64,000 nt of DNA, from contig JARFYF010000063.1 in the NCBI GenBank assembly GCA_030265395.1, positions 47,819,001 through 47,883,000 on the forward strand. The letters are read 5' to 3'. Below the pieces are notes generated by a model. It had not been told where the DNA came from. It did no database searches and worked only from the letters and a program-made list of their open reading frames with translations. Origin of the DNA: Rhina ancylostomus (Eukaryota). The position numbers and the translations under genes are program-made. Shown piece by piece: positions 13,160 through 26,139 of this stretch; position 1 is the stretch's first letter, and every line of letters starts with the position of its first letter.

Positions 13160-13600
13160 GGGGGTGGGGTGGGGAGTTGGTGAAGGATGGCAGGCAGATT
13201 CAGACAGGTATGAGATGGGAAGGGGTTAGAAGACATGATAGAAATGCAGTGATACGCGACATGAACATGAAACCAAAGTACATCAGATACTAGGAATCTG
13301 GAAAAACTCAGCAAATCAGGCAACAGCTGTGGAGAGAGGAACTGAGGTAACCTTTTGATGTCCTTTGATTATAAGTAGAAGTTGTTCAAGGTATAACAGG
13401 TTTTACCAAGCACCAAAGAGGGGAAAAGAGGAAGGGAAGGTGTGAAGGTCTGTGATAGGATGGAGGGCAGAAGAGTTTGAAGAACAAAAGAGCTGATGGT
13501 GTAAGATAAAGGAACCAGGCAGTGGGAGACAGGCAATAAAACAGTGGGTTCTGCTGTTGAGAGTGATACAGTAAAGTATAATTGGCCTCATCTGCACGCA
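12950..13600 (-). mobile_element. Two adjacent degenerate Penelope-like termini with an internal (GT)n
   Basis: ctgctggagagctcag...gcagcatctgttggggg and ctggaaaaactcagcaaatcaggcaacagctgtggagagagg resemble the recurring block. Confidence 0.5.
13125..13158. repeat. (GT)17 microsatellite
   Basis: Read directly. Confidence 0.95.
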
Positions 13601-15772
13601 AACCCAAATGTAACAAAAGAATCATTGAGATCTTTCACTTATCCCTGAAGGGTCTGTTGTTTAAGTAATGTATACCATGCAGTTTCTTCCTTCCTTGTTT
13701 CAGTTGTGCAAGATAACTGATAGCATGTCAACATGATTTAACTGTCTAAGTGAGGAAGCCATCACTTCAGTTGAACAATGAATTATTTCATGGCATGTGA
13801 GGGAGAGTAATGGATATCCAGTACGGGATTGGAGAACAATGACCAGCATACTATAACATGAACGTACAGTTTATAGAGATTTCACTTTCAGGGTATGATC
13901 ACAAAATTAAGTCCAGTATGCATTATGCACATGATAGTGTCATTCTCAATGAATTCCAATCCAGACACAGAAGACTTAAGAGCATTATTTATAAAATTCT
14001 ACTTTGGATTGGTAATTTTACTGGAAAGCATCTTTAAAAATGCAAACTCATTCCCCATAATAAATTGAAGGATATGCCATTTTGTAATTGTGTTTATTAG
14101 CAACTCCCCTCTAAATTTATCTTCTCCACTGAAGTGAATTGGATAAACAACTCCAGGTCATTGTACCTCTTTGTAAGTTCTGAAGGGTTCTCAGAGTTTA
14201 AGCATAGGCCTGTGTAAATGTTTTGATTCTGGATCTGCATGACCCACAACAAATTACTTCTTCATTTTAGTACTGTTTTAAATGAGAACCTGGTGTGAAA
14301 CGTGCTGATGGTGTGGTAGACGATAAATGCCTGCTAACCCTAATGTTTAGATTCTAGTGGATCTGGGACTATTGTTATGATATTGTCACCGAATATAAAT
14401 TTAGAACAATCACTCAATTTAATATTTCTAATGACAATGTTCAAGTTCCTTTTGTGCTTCTCTTGACATTTAATTCTGTCAGGCAACCATGTCCAATTTT
14501 AATATAACAAACAATATTTATTCTGATTTATGCAAATTACTTCTGGTTACCTCTGATTGGCTGATATATGATTGACTTCAAGTTCCAATTGTCGATGGCT
14601 TCAATTTTCCCCAAGTTTTAGTTGGAGAAAATTTCTCCTCATTCTTTACTGGATATCAGATAGTTCTGAAAACTTAGTGAAGGGGTTGAGTGAGACTGAT
14701 GTTGGATCTAAACCATAATCCTGGTGTTACTTCATGGAATAAGAAAGATGATTTTATTGGAACCCTCTTAAAAGGGATGGACTTCTTAATTATCTTATAT
14801 AATCTAAACCATTGAATGAACCATATTAAATGTGGTCACGCACAGTTAGTCATTGAGTTTATTTTTAAAGGAAGGTAAAAAGCAGGTTAGGTTANNNNNN
14901 NNNNAGGAACACTGAATACAATAATATTTTTCAGAAAATCAGTCTTTAAAGTCCTTGACAGACTTGCTCTTTTGATGAAATACTGGGTCTGATGCGGAAG
15001 GCTAAATTGACTGCTGCTGCCTTGCCTTGTGCCTGAATTGCAATTCAGTTCTGAGTTTAATGCCATTGAATAAACATGTCTCAGTAATTCCAGGTCTTGT
15101 AATGAGGATCTCAAAAGTGTGTTGAAAAACTGCAGCCAAATTCCAAAACCAAATTGGCACATGTTACTAGACAATAACTGTTGGGTTTAATTCACCTCAA
15201 GTTACCTTGATGTTAAGAAGAGGCACAACTTTAACTGACATTCATTTCTCCTGATTGCCTGGTCTTGATTGAGTTTTTACTGGGTTTGAAAGTGATGACT
15301 GGTTTGGCAATATAGAACAGTAAAACTCTGATTATAAGGAAGTATTTGAGAGGGGGTCATAATCTGGAACTAACAGCAACTGCTCCTAGAGCTTTGCTTC
15401 ACCACAGCCATGTTGATTGTAGGATAATATTTCATCTACAACACACTCGGTCATCTTGGACATTCTGCAGTGTTAAGGATCGGCTAAGTTCAAATTCATA
15501 ATGAAAGCCAGTGATAAAGGTATTTTCCTCTGTTACACTTGGGGAAATATTTTTTGTTCAGGCACCAAAAAGGATGGCGAGCAGTTACCTCAGGCTTCTG
15601 TCCAACCCATGATGTTGTTGGACTCTCCCTATGTTACATGAGGAACTGATATTTATGTTGAAGGGAGGCTGGGAAGAGTCCCTTATGACCTTTGCACACG
15701 TTTTTTCTGCATACCCTTACTGGGCAACTAACAGCAGGGTGCCTGGAAAAATCTTGGAGTTCTTAAAGGCTG

Positions 15773-15877
15773 AAAAAAAACACGATGATGCTGGAAGAAC
15801 TCAGCAGGCCAGGCTACATCCACGGAGAAAAGCAGGCGGTCAATGTTTTGAGTTAGGACCCTTCTTCAGGCCTGAAG
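15773..15877 (-). mobile_element. Penelope-like terminal fragment, hammerhead core with GAAA changed to AAAA
   Basis: Reverse-complement relative of 12395-12511; ends in the perfect palindrome CTTCAGGCCTGAAG (15864-15877). Confidence 0.7.
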
Positions 15878-17179
15878 CATCTGTTGTGGAGTTCCATAGG
15901 ACTGGAGGGTATGCCCTGCAAGTTCTGAGAAATGGTGGACCTGCCATAGAGTTCCTGTAGGGGCAGCACGGAGTGGCTGAGGAGTGCTGGCCTGGCTAAC
16001 CAGTCGGCCCATTCTGAGGTTCTCAAAAAAACTGTAGGTCAGGCACAAGATCAAAGACAAGGTGCAGACACGACAGACAGCATATGGTTTTTTAATCATT
16101 CCAATTACAACCAATGTGCCTTAGGATCTTCTGGCTGCTGTTAACTGTTGTCAGTAGCCAGGGGNNNNNNNNNNNNNNNNNNNNNNNNNNNNNNNNNNNN
16201 NNNNNNNNNNNNNNNNNNNNNNNNNNNNNNNNNNNNNNNNNNNNNNNNNNNNNNNNNNNNNNNNTGTTGTCAGTAGCCAGGGGTTCAGCATTTTTCTGAA
16301 TCCTACAATTCCCAACCTGCTTGCTATTCAGTTGTAAAGCCAAATCAGGGTGAGCCTGCACCAGCAGTGATCTGCTGCCTCCCCACACCACTGCATTTCA
16401 GGCCTTTTACCTGGTGGGGACCCAATGAGAAAGGATAGGGGTAGCGGTGGAGTTTGGAGGGGTGGTGAGGAGCAGAGAAGTAAACTACCTTTTAAAGGTA
16501 TTGAATTGCTGTTTACTTTCTCACAGAACTCCATATACAGTCTACAGTGTAATTTGTCTGAAATTGCAAAATACCTGTACGTCAGCGCAAAATGGTTAAA
16601 ATGATTTAACAGTCATTTCTGGGAGGCTTTCAGAATTTTCACCTGCTGGAGGATAATAGAGATGGGTCCAACACTGGGGTATGCAGTTGTTAGGGATCTT
16701 AAGGTAAATGGAGTTCGCTTTGACTTAAGTTCTGCATTTTCTTTCTTGCATATTCCCTTTTGGCCATTTTGGCTAATTAGTTTTAAATTCAGCCATTCTC
16801 ACCTTCAAAATGTTTTGGGAGGAGCTGATACAGAGCATAAACTGGCATCAAAGAGAGTTAGTTCTTTTTAAGTAAAGAAAGCTATTAACAACATGCAGAT
16901 GTCAAAACATTGCATTAGAGTGTTATTTGAGAATACATTGATGGCCTGTGGAGGAATTCCTCCTGCAGATAATGGATTCTGTGGAGCAATGAGGAACATG
17001 TGTCTTGGCTTAGTTAGTTTTTTAAATCTTTGTTAATATTACTACACTAGTGCAATCCTAAGCGTTTTAAGATCATAATTATATGCTGGCAGTATTGCCT
17101 TAAAGAAGTATATTGCTGCTTGTTGTGCTAGAACCATTTAGAAGATCTGGAATAAGGTTCCTGCCCTAATGTCTATTGA

Positions 17180-18110
17180 TCAGAAGCAGAATCATAATCA
17201 GGTTTATTATCACTGACATGTTGTTAAGTTTGTTTTTCTTTGCAGTAGCAGTACAGTGCCAGATATAAAAATTACTATAAGTTACAAAACTAAATAAATA
17301 GTGCAAAAGAGGAATAACGAGGTAGTGTTGATGGTTTCATGGACCATTCAGAAATCTGATGGTGGAGGGGAAGACGCTGATCCTGAATTGTTGAGTGTGG
17401 CTCTTCAAGCTCCTGTACCTCCTCCCTGATGGTAGTAATGTGGCGAGGGCATGTCCCGGGTGGTGAGGGTCCTTAATGATGGATGCTGCCCTCTTGAGGC
17501 ACTGTCTCTTGAAGATATCCTCAATAGCAGGGATGGTTGTGACCATGATGGAGCTGGCTGAGTCTACAACCCTCTGCAGCCTCTTTCAATCCTGCATATT
17601 GGAGCCTCCATACCAGGTGGTGATGCCAGCAGTCAGAATGCTCTCCACCGTATTATCTGTAGAGATTTGCAAGAGTCTGTGCTGACGTACTGAATCTCCT
17701 CAAACTCTTAATGAAGTAGAACCGCTGACGTGCCACCTTCATGATTGCGTCAATGTGTTGGGCCCAGGATAGATCCTCTAAGATGTCAATGCCCAGGAAC
17801 TTGAAGCTGCTCACCCTTTCCACCGCTGACCCCTCAATGAGGATTGGAGTGTGTTCTCCTGACTTCCCCTTCCTGAAGTCCACATTCAATTCCTTGGTCT
17901 TGCTGACATTGAGTGCGAGGTTTTTGCAACCCCACTCAACTAGCCAATCTCTCTCACTCCTGTGTGCCTCCTCAGCATCATCTGAGATTCTGCCAACAAC
18001 AGTGGTGTCATTGGCGAATTTATAGATGGCATTTGAGCTATGCCGAGCCACACAGTCATGAGTGCAGAGAATAGAGCAGTGTGCTAAGCACACATCCTTG
18101 AGGTGCACCT
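17180..18110 (-). mobile_element. Rex1/Babar-type LINE, 5'-truncated
   Basis: ORF 17653-18138 has THDCVARHSSNAIYKFANDTTVVGRIS...LNVSKTKELNVDFRK...FKFLG (FADD changed to FAND); ORF 17337-17546 has IIKDPHHPGHAL..LLPSGRRYRS; the 3' tail has aataaa plus short repeats. Confidence 0.9.
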
Positions 18111-21100
18111 CAATCATTAAGATAAAACCAGCATTCATTTATGGAAGCCAAACTGTTTTTGTGTGTGTGGGCCTTATATAAAATGTGAAGTTAATATTTC
18201 AAAAGTATTCTAGGACCATATGAACACAGATTCCAGACTCCGGTAGTATCCCAATTGTAGAGATGTTTGTGTTAGTCTGGGATGGAGAATTAAAGAGCTG
18301 AGATTCCAAATTTTCTTGTGTTTTTCAGGAGTACAAAGAACTCTCTCTTGGTAAAAACCATGTACTACTGACCCATCAGGCAAATATTTAAACATTCTTT
18401 AGAGTGGGTCAAGTCATTCTGTTGGTTAATCATTGACAGTTACATGCACTCACTCACTTTTCCAGCACTTTATAAAAGGAGATTTAGCTACCCTGTTGGC
18501 TATCATATTAAAAAAGGTACATTTTGATCTGTAAAGAAATAGTTTTCTGTGCAAATGAGCTAATAAATAAGAGGGAAGCATGAAGAATTAGAACAAATTA
18601 ACTCTGGGGAACTCAATACCTTTCTCACTGTTGCTCAATATGTGCCCTTCACAGTTATTTACTGATCATTCTGTTGGTATCAAATATAGGTAAGTCTTTT
18701 AATGTAAATTGCACCATTTTAAATCTTGCTTTAACTTATAAAAAGGAACCTGTGGTCATTAAAAAAAATTCATACTACCTAAGATCCATGTAGTGTATAA
18801 AAGTAAAGACTGCCATGGCTTAAACTTCCCTTTCTCTTTCCTGAATATTTCCTATTGATTCTTTCAGCTAATTAGTTTTAAATTGAATTGTTTTCACCTT
18901 CCCAATGTTTTGAGAAGAGCTGATTCAGAAAATAAGCTGGCATTAAGGAAAGTCACTTTGAAAAGAAAACAATAACATGTGATGCCAAAATAGAGCACTA
19001 TGATGTTATTTGAGAGATTGATTTTGATATCTATAGTTGCAGTTTCAACAACTGTTGAAACAGCCCTTAACTTTCTTAACACCAGCAATATTGAGATATC
19101 CTAGCTTGTCAGCAGACATTTGAGGAGCATGTGGTTTTTGTACTTATGCTGGTGGCTTTATGATCAGCCAAAACAGAGCTGCAAGGAGCAGAGGTTATGA
19201 ATGTACACAAAGTACCTAGTCATACCACTGAACTCTATTGAATCAACTTGAATATCACCATAATGGTTGTTGCACAAAATTTTCTTTTGATAGATTGATG
19301 CATTTACCCCTTTCCTAGAAAAAATTGGTATTGCCTGTGAGAACATTTAAATATTGATTTTTATTTAATCACGCTGCATTAGACTACAGTCATAGGACCT
19401 TCTGCAGTAGGTCAAAGGTATTCATTCCAGAATGGAGCTGCTATTATCTTAAACATTTCCACAATGACCCAATAAAAAATAAATTGTGGCACAGAGTTAT
19501 AGATGTGCTTTTAGTTTCACAATTCCAAGACAGATAAAATTGTAAAATGCATTTTGAATAGGATAGAAATCTTCCATTATTGAAGTGCACAGAATCATAC
19601 AAGCTAGTGTTGAATATCCCAGGAAGAATATTTTTTTCAGAATTTGGGAAATTGGTGGGTGATTTCACTGAATCTTTTAAAATATTAGGGTTAGAAGATA
19701 TTTCAATCCACAGGGCATAGTCGGAATCCGGAAATCTCTTCCACAGTACCAGTTGATGGCTTGGTCTGTTGTTAATTTTGAATGGGAGAATGATAGATTT
19801 TTGTAAACCAAAGGTGTTAAGGAGAATAAAGAAAACACATTTGAATGGAGTTTGATCACAGATCAACTATGATCTTACTGAGTGTTGCAACAGCCTATTG
19901 GGGTTAAGTTACAGTTATTACACTTAAATATGATATGCACTGATTTTAAATGGATACCAAGCTCAAAGTTCACTTTTCAAAAAAAAACAATGTTTTTTTG
20001 TATCAAAGTCATAGCGGGAAGGATTTGTGTACTGTGTAATTATTGAATCTTTATTTCATGTCAAGGTCAGCTATGAGAGGTTGAAAGACTATATTAAAGA
20101 CAAATTAATGTAATTGCAGTGTTCAGTAACAATTAAATATGTACATCAAGATTTCCTTTGTTGTATGCAGTACATTTGCACACCCCTTGCACACAATTTC
20201 CTGTGTGTATAGCCAAGAGAAAATCATTCTAAAGCAATGCACAATGGCCAGAGTAATATTTTCCTGACTATTATTTCATGACAATGAAATATCAGGAGAG
20301 CGGTGTAAATAATAATTAAATATCTGGCACATCAGCACATATCTCATTGATGAAGAAACGTTTTAGTTAATGGTGTTTGCAACAGAAGAGGTTTCTCTTT
20401 TTGTGTCTTTTTGACCATATATTACATGCAGGTCAGAAAATCAATGCAAAAATTCATACATAAAAATGAACTGTTATTTTAGCTTTCTCACAGTTTATGT
20501 CCATAATATTGCTGCTCTTAACACAGATCAAATTGTAACTTTGGTGTTGATTTTAACCACCTTCTCCCACTGTGAGCATAAGCCACAGGGGGGGTTAAAG
20601 TTGTCCACACCACTCCGTCCCTGCCCAGGCATGTTTTACCTTTACCAAGTTTGAAGGTGGTCAAAAGGTTGGCTGCAGGGAGACAGGGCTGGACTTAACT
20701 TTAAAAGTTATATCCTTGTAATGGGATTGCATTGTCTGATGATCTCTGTGACAGTTCAGGGGATACAGATACACCAAGTGACCTCCCAGGTTGCAGGAGA
20801 TAGGTCAAGGCAAATGATATTTTGGTTGGATTACTTCAGACCAAAAGGTGCAGCATTTTCCCTGGCACGTGGAAGGAATTGTTAGATTGTACTGCCTCAG
20901 GCCATTCCTCTTTCCCTCTCTTTCTGCCATCTACCTATACTGTTGCAGATGGAAACCAGGGATTGCGGGTGAGCACAGACATGGTGTGGTGTTACTGTTA
21001 CTGTGGCTGACTTCCCATTATGCAACCAGGCAATAGCATTTCTGTCTGTGAGCATCTTCATTAGCATTGACATCCTGAGACAGTGAACGTGGTCTCAGAT

Positions 21101-22689
21101 TTGAGTTAACTAACAGTGATCTTCTAACTAATTGATCTTCTAACTACCTTGAAGTCAAACTTCCCAAATCTGCATCAAAAACTTCAACTCAGATGAGTAA
21201 GATTTATAACATCCCTTTGCAACTAAGTGGCAAACTTTTGTGCACTGGTGTTATTTTCATTAGTGGATATTTTGGTAGGATAACTGAAAAATAGTTATTT
21301 TCATTAGTCAGATAATATACTAGAGCTGTATATTAAGTTCTATTTTTCAATTGTTTGAACTTTAGATTGATGGTGTGCAGTAAAAAACAGGACCAGGAGG
21401 TCCTTTCTACTTTGTACTCAGGTTATAAGGTTTCACAATATTTACATTTTAAAGGCAACTTCAAAACCTAGATCCCACCACTGTGTCTAAACTGGCTACT
21501 CAACTTCAGCCCTGGTCCCAAGTGAAGCGAATGTTAACAAACACCTTGACCCATTGAAAAGCCCTTCTGCGTTCCCAGGCACTGATGTTAGTCCCAGTTG
21601 TAAAAACCCAGTATGGGAGAGTACTGTGTAAATCNNNNNNNNNNNNNNNNNNNNNNNNNNNNCTGGTGTGATTATAGTGTACGTTGGCAAAGTCAGTGCA
21701 TCTCCCCACACCCATTTAAATTGATTAGTGGCACCTGCTGTGTTGAAACCCTGCTGCATTTCCCCATAAGCCTTAAATCCAGCTCTTTAATAAATTGATT
21801 ACCAGCATCTGGTGATTCAAGCAGCTCCAGAATCATGAATTTTGTTTGTTGGCACAGAAAGCTGACTCCATCAAGGTAGGATCTGGATGGCAGCATCATT
21901 AGGACCCAGGTATAAAAGCCCTGTTGGTGCAGAGAAGGCTTATCCCATCTGGGACAAGGGTAGGGATGTTGCCATTGGCCTCAGTACCTTCAGGCTGGCA
22001 AAGGGGAAACCACCATGTAAGATTGCAACCTTATTAAAGTGTCCCTGCATCAACTTCAGACACAAAAGGTTTCAAGGTTCTGTGCCACATCATGAGCAAT
22101 AACATTGTCTAAACTTGCATACAATGAAAAGCTGCCTGGATAAGGAACTGGAAAAGGGGCAAGTCTGATGCAGTATGTCTCTGCACTGTTGTTGGTGGAG
22201 GTTGAAGCCAGGATGGGGTGCAGAAGGCAATGAAAGATACATAATGTACTCTGGAAGAACCAGCGCTGAGATTGACTGTAAACAGCAAACCCAATGTTTC
22301 ATTAGATTTGATAAACCTGAACTGGGATTGGCACCAAACAATCCCGATGCAGCAGCAACAAGGATGAGGCACCAAACTCGATAGATTAAATCTGATTGCA
22401 GGACTGAATCTAATGGTTTTTTTGCCATCAGGTTTTCATCTCTAGCATAACTTTTTAATGCAGTTTTGTTTCTAATTCCTTCTGTTGGACATTCATGGGT
22501 CCCAGTCCCTTGTAAGTTCATTCTCCTGAGCAGTCTCTTTATATGGAGGCTGATGGTGCATTCCCAGAAATGTGACGATACTGCATCTCATAACTGGCAT
22601 CCTGCATCCAAGGGCACTGAGCCCCACAGAGAGTTTGATAAGTCTCTTGCAAGAGTTTGTAGCACTGTGAACCAGCACAAATGTGTTCT

Positions 22690-22895
22690 CCTGCAGCCAT
22701 TTAACTCCTAGTTCCCCTAAAGAGGGCAAGCATCATCATGGAATTAGGCACTCAAAGGGAAGGAGGAAAATAAGTGCACTGAACTGTTACAGAGAAGCCC
22801 CAAGAAACTCTCACTGTTACTCATTAAGGATAATGTTACCTGCGAGAACGAGGGATGAATCAATCACCAATGAGGAGGTCTCATGAGAAGCTACA
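22690..22895 (+). mobile_element. Possible RTE-clade LINE relic
   Basis: LRIMLPARTRDESITNEEVS resembles the RTE ORF C-terminal LRI.W.D.ITNEEVL motif. Confidence 0.4.
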
Positions 22896-22908
22896 TCAGC
22901 ATAATGCT

Positions 22909-23209
22909 CAACACACACAAGATGCTGGAAGATGAAGGGTTTTGACCCAAAACGCCAACTGTTTATTTCCCTCTATGGTTGCTGCCTGACCTGCTGAGTT
23001 CCTCCANNNNNNNNNNNNNNNNNNNNNNNNNNNNNNNNNNNNNNNNNNNNNNNNNNNNNNNNNNNNNNNNNNNNNNNNNNNNNNNNNNNNNNNNNNNNNN
23101 NNNNNNCAACTGTTTATTTCCCTCTATGGTTGCTGCCTGACCTGCTGAGTTCCTCCAGTATCTTGTGTGTGTTGCTCCAGATTCCAGCATCTGCAGAATC
23201 TCTTGTGTT
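22909..23209 (+). mobile_element. Penelope-like insertion with inverted 5' segment and 13-bp TSD (contains a 100-N gap)
   Basis: TSD TCAGCATAATGCT (22896-22908) / TCAGCATAGTGCT (23210-23222); 22909-22929 is the 20/21 reverse complement of 23154-23174. Confidence 0.75.
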
Positions 23210-24009
23210 TCAGCATAGTGCTAATTGCTTGCACATTTTTTAGGATGAGTATTTCAATGGGCACATTCTTGTTTTAGCAGTACAAAATTAATTGCAACAC
23301 TGAAGAGCTTTTCATTTGTTTGTGATGATTTTATCATTCCTATGAGGTAAATGCTAATTAGAATATCTATATGATAATATCATAATAACCAATTAATAAG
23401 GCACTTATTTGCATGTTCCACGCTTGACAGATAGAAGATGTGAAGGTTCATACATCTCGATGTTTTGCCAGCAGTGGCAGATTATGTTCTTTTCACAGTT
23501 AGGAAAAGGCCCCCAACCCTCCTGTACTTTCTTGTAATCAAAGGCCATTGCATTCAAACAAAACAAAACCAGGATGACTTCAGTTAACTAGCTGTGCCAG
23601 AGCTCAGTGTCCTGCTGAAATCAATTGGAATTGAGCAGGNNNNNNNNNNNNNGCCCACTACATACAAAGTGCACGTTGATTCCCCTTCTGTACTTCATTT
23701 GTTTGTCTGTAGGAAGCTGTAGCTTGTTAAGGTGATTGTGCCAATAGATACTCTTTATTTTATAAACCTGCTATCCTGGACTGACCAAAATCTCCACATT
23801 ATTTTTCCTTAAAAAAGTGAATGTTTTTTTTAGTACATGAGCTTCATGACAAAACTTCCTGGTTGTCTGGTCAGGTAATGACATAATTGATTCTTTGGTT
23901 CAGCCCTTTATCACGTCAGGTTCATCTCAGTGCTCTACAAGCCCAAGGAAAAGGATTTTAAAGGAAAGATACAAGAAGGTTTAATGTCTTAGGCATTCAG
24001 TAGGCATCA

Positions 24010-25040
24010 AGGATTGGAGTCCTACCTTGCACAGAGGACGATAGTTGTGGGCAGTGGAGGTCAATCGTTCCAGCCCCAGGATATCAATGCAGGAGTTCCT
24101 CAGGGCACTGTCCTGGACCTCCCATCTTCAGCTGTTTCATCAATGACCTTCCTTNNNNNNNNNNNNNNNNNNNNNNNNNNNNNNNNNNNNNNNNNNNNNN
24201 NNNNNNNNNNNNNNNNNNNNNNNNNNNNNNNNNNNNNNNNNNNNNNNNNNNNNNATCAATGACCGTCCTTCTGTCATAAGATCAGAAGTGGAGATGCATG
24301 CAATGATTGCACAAGGGTCAGTTCCATCAACCCTCTCAGCAGAGGAAGCAGCCCAGGCCCGCCTGCAGCATGGAGACAACGTTCAGGCATGGGGTGATAA
24401 GTGGCAAGTAATATTTGCACCAGAGTAATCCCCAGCCAATAACAATCTCCAACGGAGTCTGACTCCCTACCTTTGATGTTAAATGGCATAATCATTGCCA
24501 TGTTCCTCACTCTCAATGTTCGGGAGGTTACCATCGACTTGAAGCTCAACTAGATCAACCAGATAAATATGGAGGCTACAGAAACAGGTCAGAGGTTGGA
24601 CTTCCTGGGGCAAGTAACTCACTTCCTGATGCCTCCTCCGCAAAGTCCTTCCACCTTTTACAAGGATCAAGAATGTGATGGAATTCTCTCCATTTACTTA
24701 GCTGAGTGTAGCAACAACAACGTTGAAGAAGCTTGACATCATCTGAGACAAGGCATTCCACTTGACTGGCACCCTAACAACCTCCTAACAAACTTTCATT
24801 TCCTCCTCCACCACCCGGTGCACGGAGGTTGCAGTGTGTGCTGTGTACAGAAAGCACTGCAGTTACTCGCACAGGTCAACCCACCGGCACCTCCCAAACC
24901 CACAACCAAAAAGGTCGAAGGCTTCATGCACATGGGAGCACCACCACCTGCAGGTCGCCCTCCAAGTCGCATAACATCCTGACTTGGAAATATATTGCCA
25001 TCCCTTCATTGTCACTGGGTCAAAATCCTGGAACTCCCTC
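24010..25040 (+). mobile_element. CR1-like LINE RT-to-tail fragment
   Basis: ESYLAQRTIVVGSGGQSFQPQDINAGVPQGTVL is the GVPQG RT motif; continues into the family 3' region. Confidence 0.85.
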
Positions 25041-25042
25041 CC

Positions 25043-25315
25043 TGTTCTGTGTGGAGTTTGCATATTTTGTGTGGGAGTTTGCATGTTCTCCCTGTGATTT
25101 TTGTGGGCCTCCTCCCACATTCCAAAGATCAATTGGCCACTGTACATTACCCCTGGTGTAGCTGGGTAACTGGATATTCAGGATGGAGCTGGTAGGCATA
25201 TGAAACAGAATAGATAACAGGTTAATAAATGGGGGAGTAGGATTGATGAGTTGCTTTAAGAGCTGGCACAGATTTGATGGACTGAATGGCCCCTTCCCTA
25301 TTTCAAGATAATAAG
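25043..25315 (+). mobile_element. V-domain SINE (HE1-like) fragment
   Basis: ctgtgtggagtttgca...tgttctccctgtg...cctcccacattccaaag V-domain plus the CR1/HER1-derived tail gatggactgaatggcccc. Confidence 0.75.
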
Positions 25316-25539
25316 AACAGCAATGAGGGAGTACCTTTTCCGGAAGGAGTGCAGAAATTCAGGAAGACAGGGTATTTAAGGAGAAGCAATAAATGTTTAT
25401 CCCAAAAAATCCCACCTGTATCCCAAAAAATACTTTTTAAGAAAAGGCTGGTGAGAATTATGCACGAAGTGGAAATGTGCCTTGCAAACCAAGAAAATCC
25501 CAGTGTCAAACACCAAGCCATGTGGAACTTACTGGCCTG

Positions 25540-25670
25540 AAATGGCTTTAGAACCATGTGGTTAGGATGGGGAAAATCATCCTGCCCTCAGCTGATATCT
25601 GGTGGCCTGTGTTGGGAATGCACACTTGGAACTTGGGTGATAGGATCAGGGGTTATGTGACAATGGGTTT
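25540..25670 (+). mobile_element. Ancient SINE relic resembling AmnSINE2
   Basis: ggttaggatggggaaaatcatcc...gatatctggtggcctgtgttggga...gggtgataggatcagg resembles my recollection of the AmnSINE2 core; not database-verified. Confidence 0.4.
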
Positions 25671-26139
25671 TCTGCTGATATTCATTACATTTTCATGAAA
25701 GAAATATTTGGTGTTCAGGTTCACATTTATTACTTTAAGCCTCCAGAGAAGAAGAAAACAAAAATTGCACTCCATACTCAAAGATGATTCAGTTTATCAT
25801 GTGCGTTCTGCGTTGATAGCCAGATGTCAAAATGCCAGGAAATTGTCAGCTTGATGTCAGTAGATACACCCTCAGTGTTTCAGTCACACTCAGTGTTACT
25901 CAGCTTTTATTATTACATCAAAAGATAGAAATTACAGTTACAAAGGTGAACACTCAAAAATCTTTGTTTCTACAATGGGCTCTTTTCTCTGAGGTGCAGC
26001 TATTAATATAACTGACAATATTTTTTATCCTCACGTTTCTTCGCTTTAATGATGTGTTGCAAATTATGATGCGGAAATGCCTTGGCGCTTGAGATGTATT
26101 GAGGATACACCTTGTTACTAATCCATTAGAATGTAAAAG

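Noticed and set aside
17653-18138. 161-aa ORF as a host gene or active reverse transcriptase
   Set aside because: Truncated Rex1/Babar RT with the catalytic FADD changed to FAND and a broken frame.
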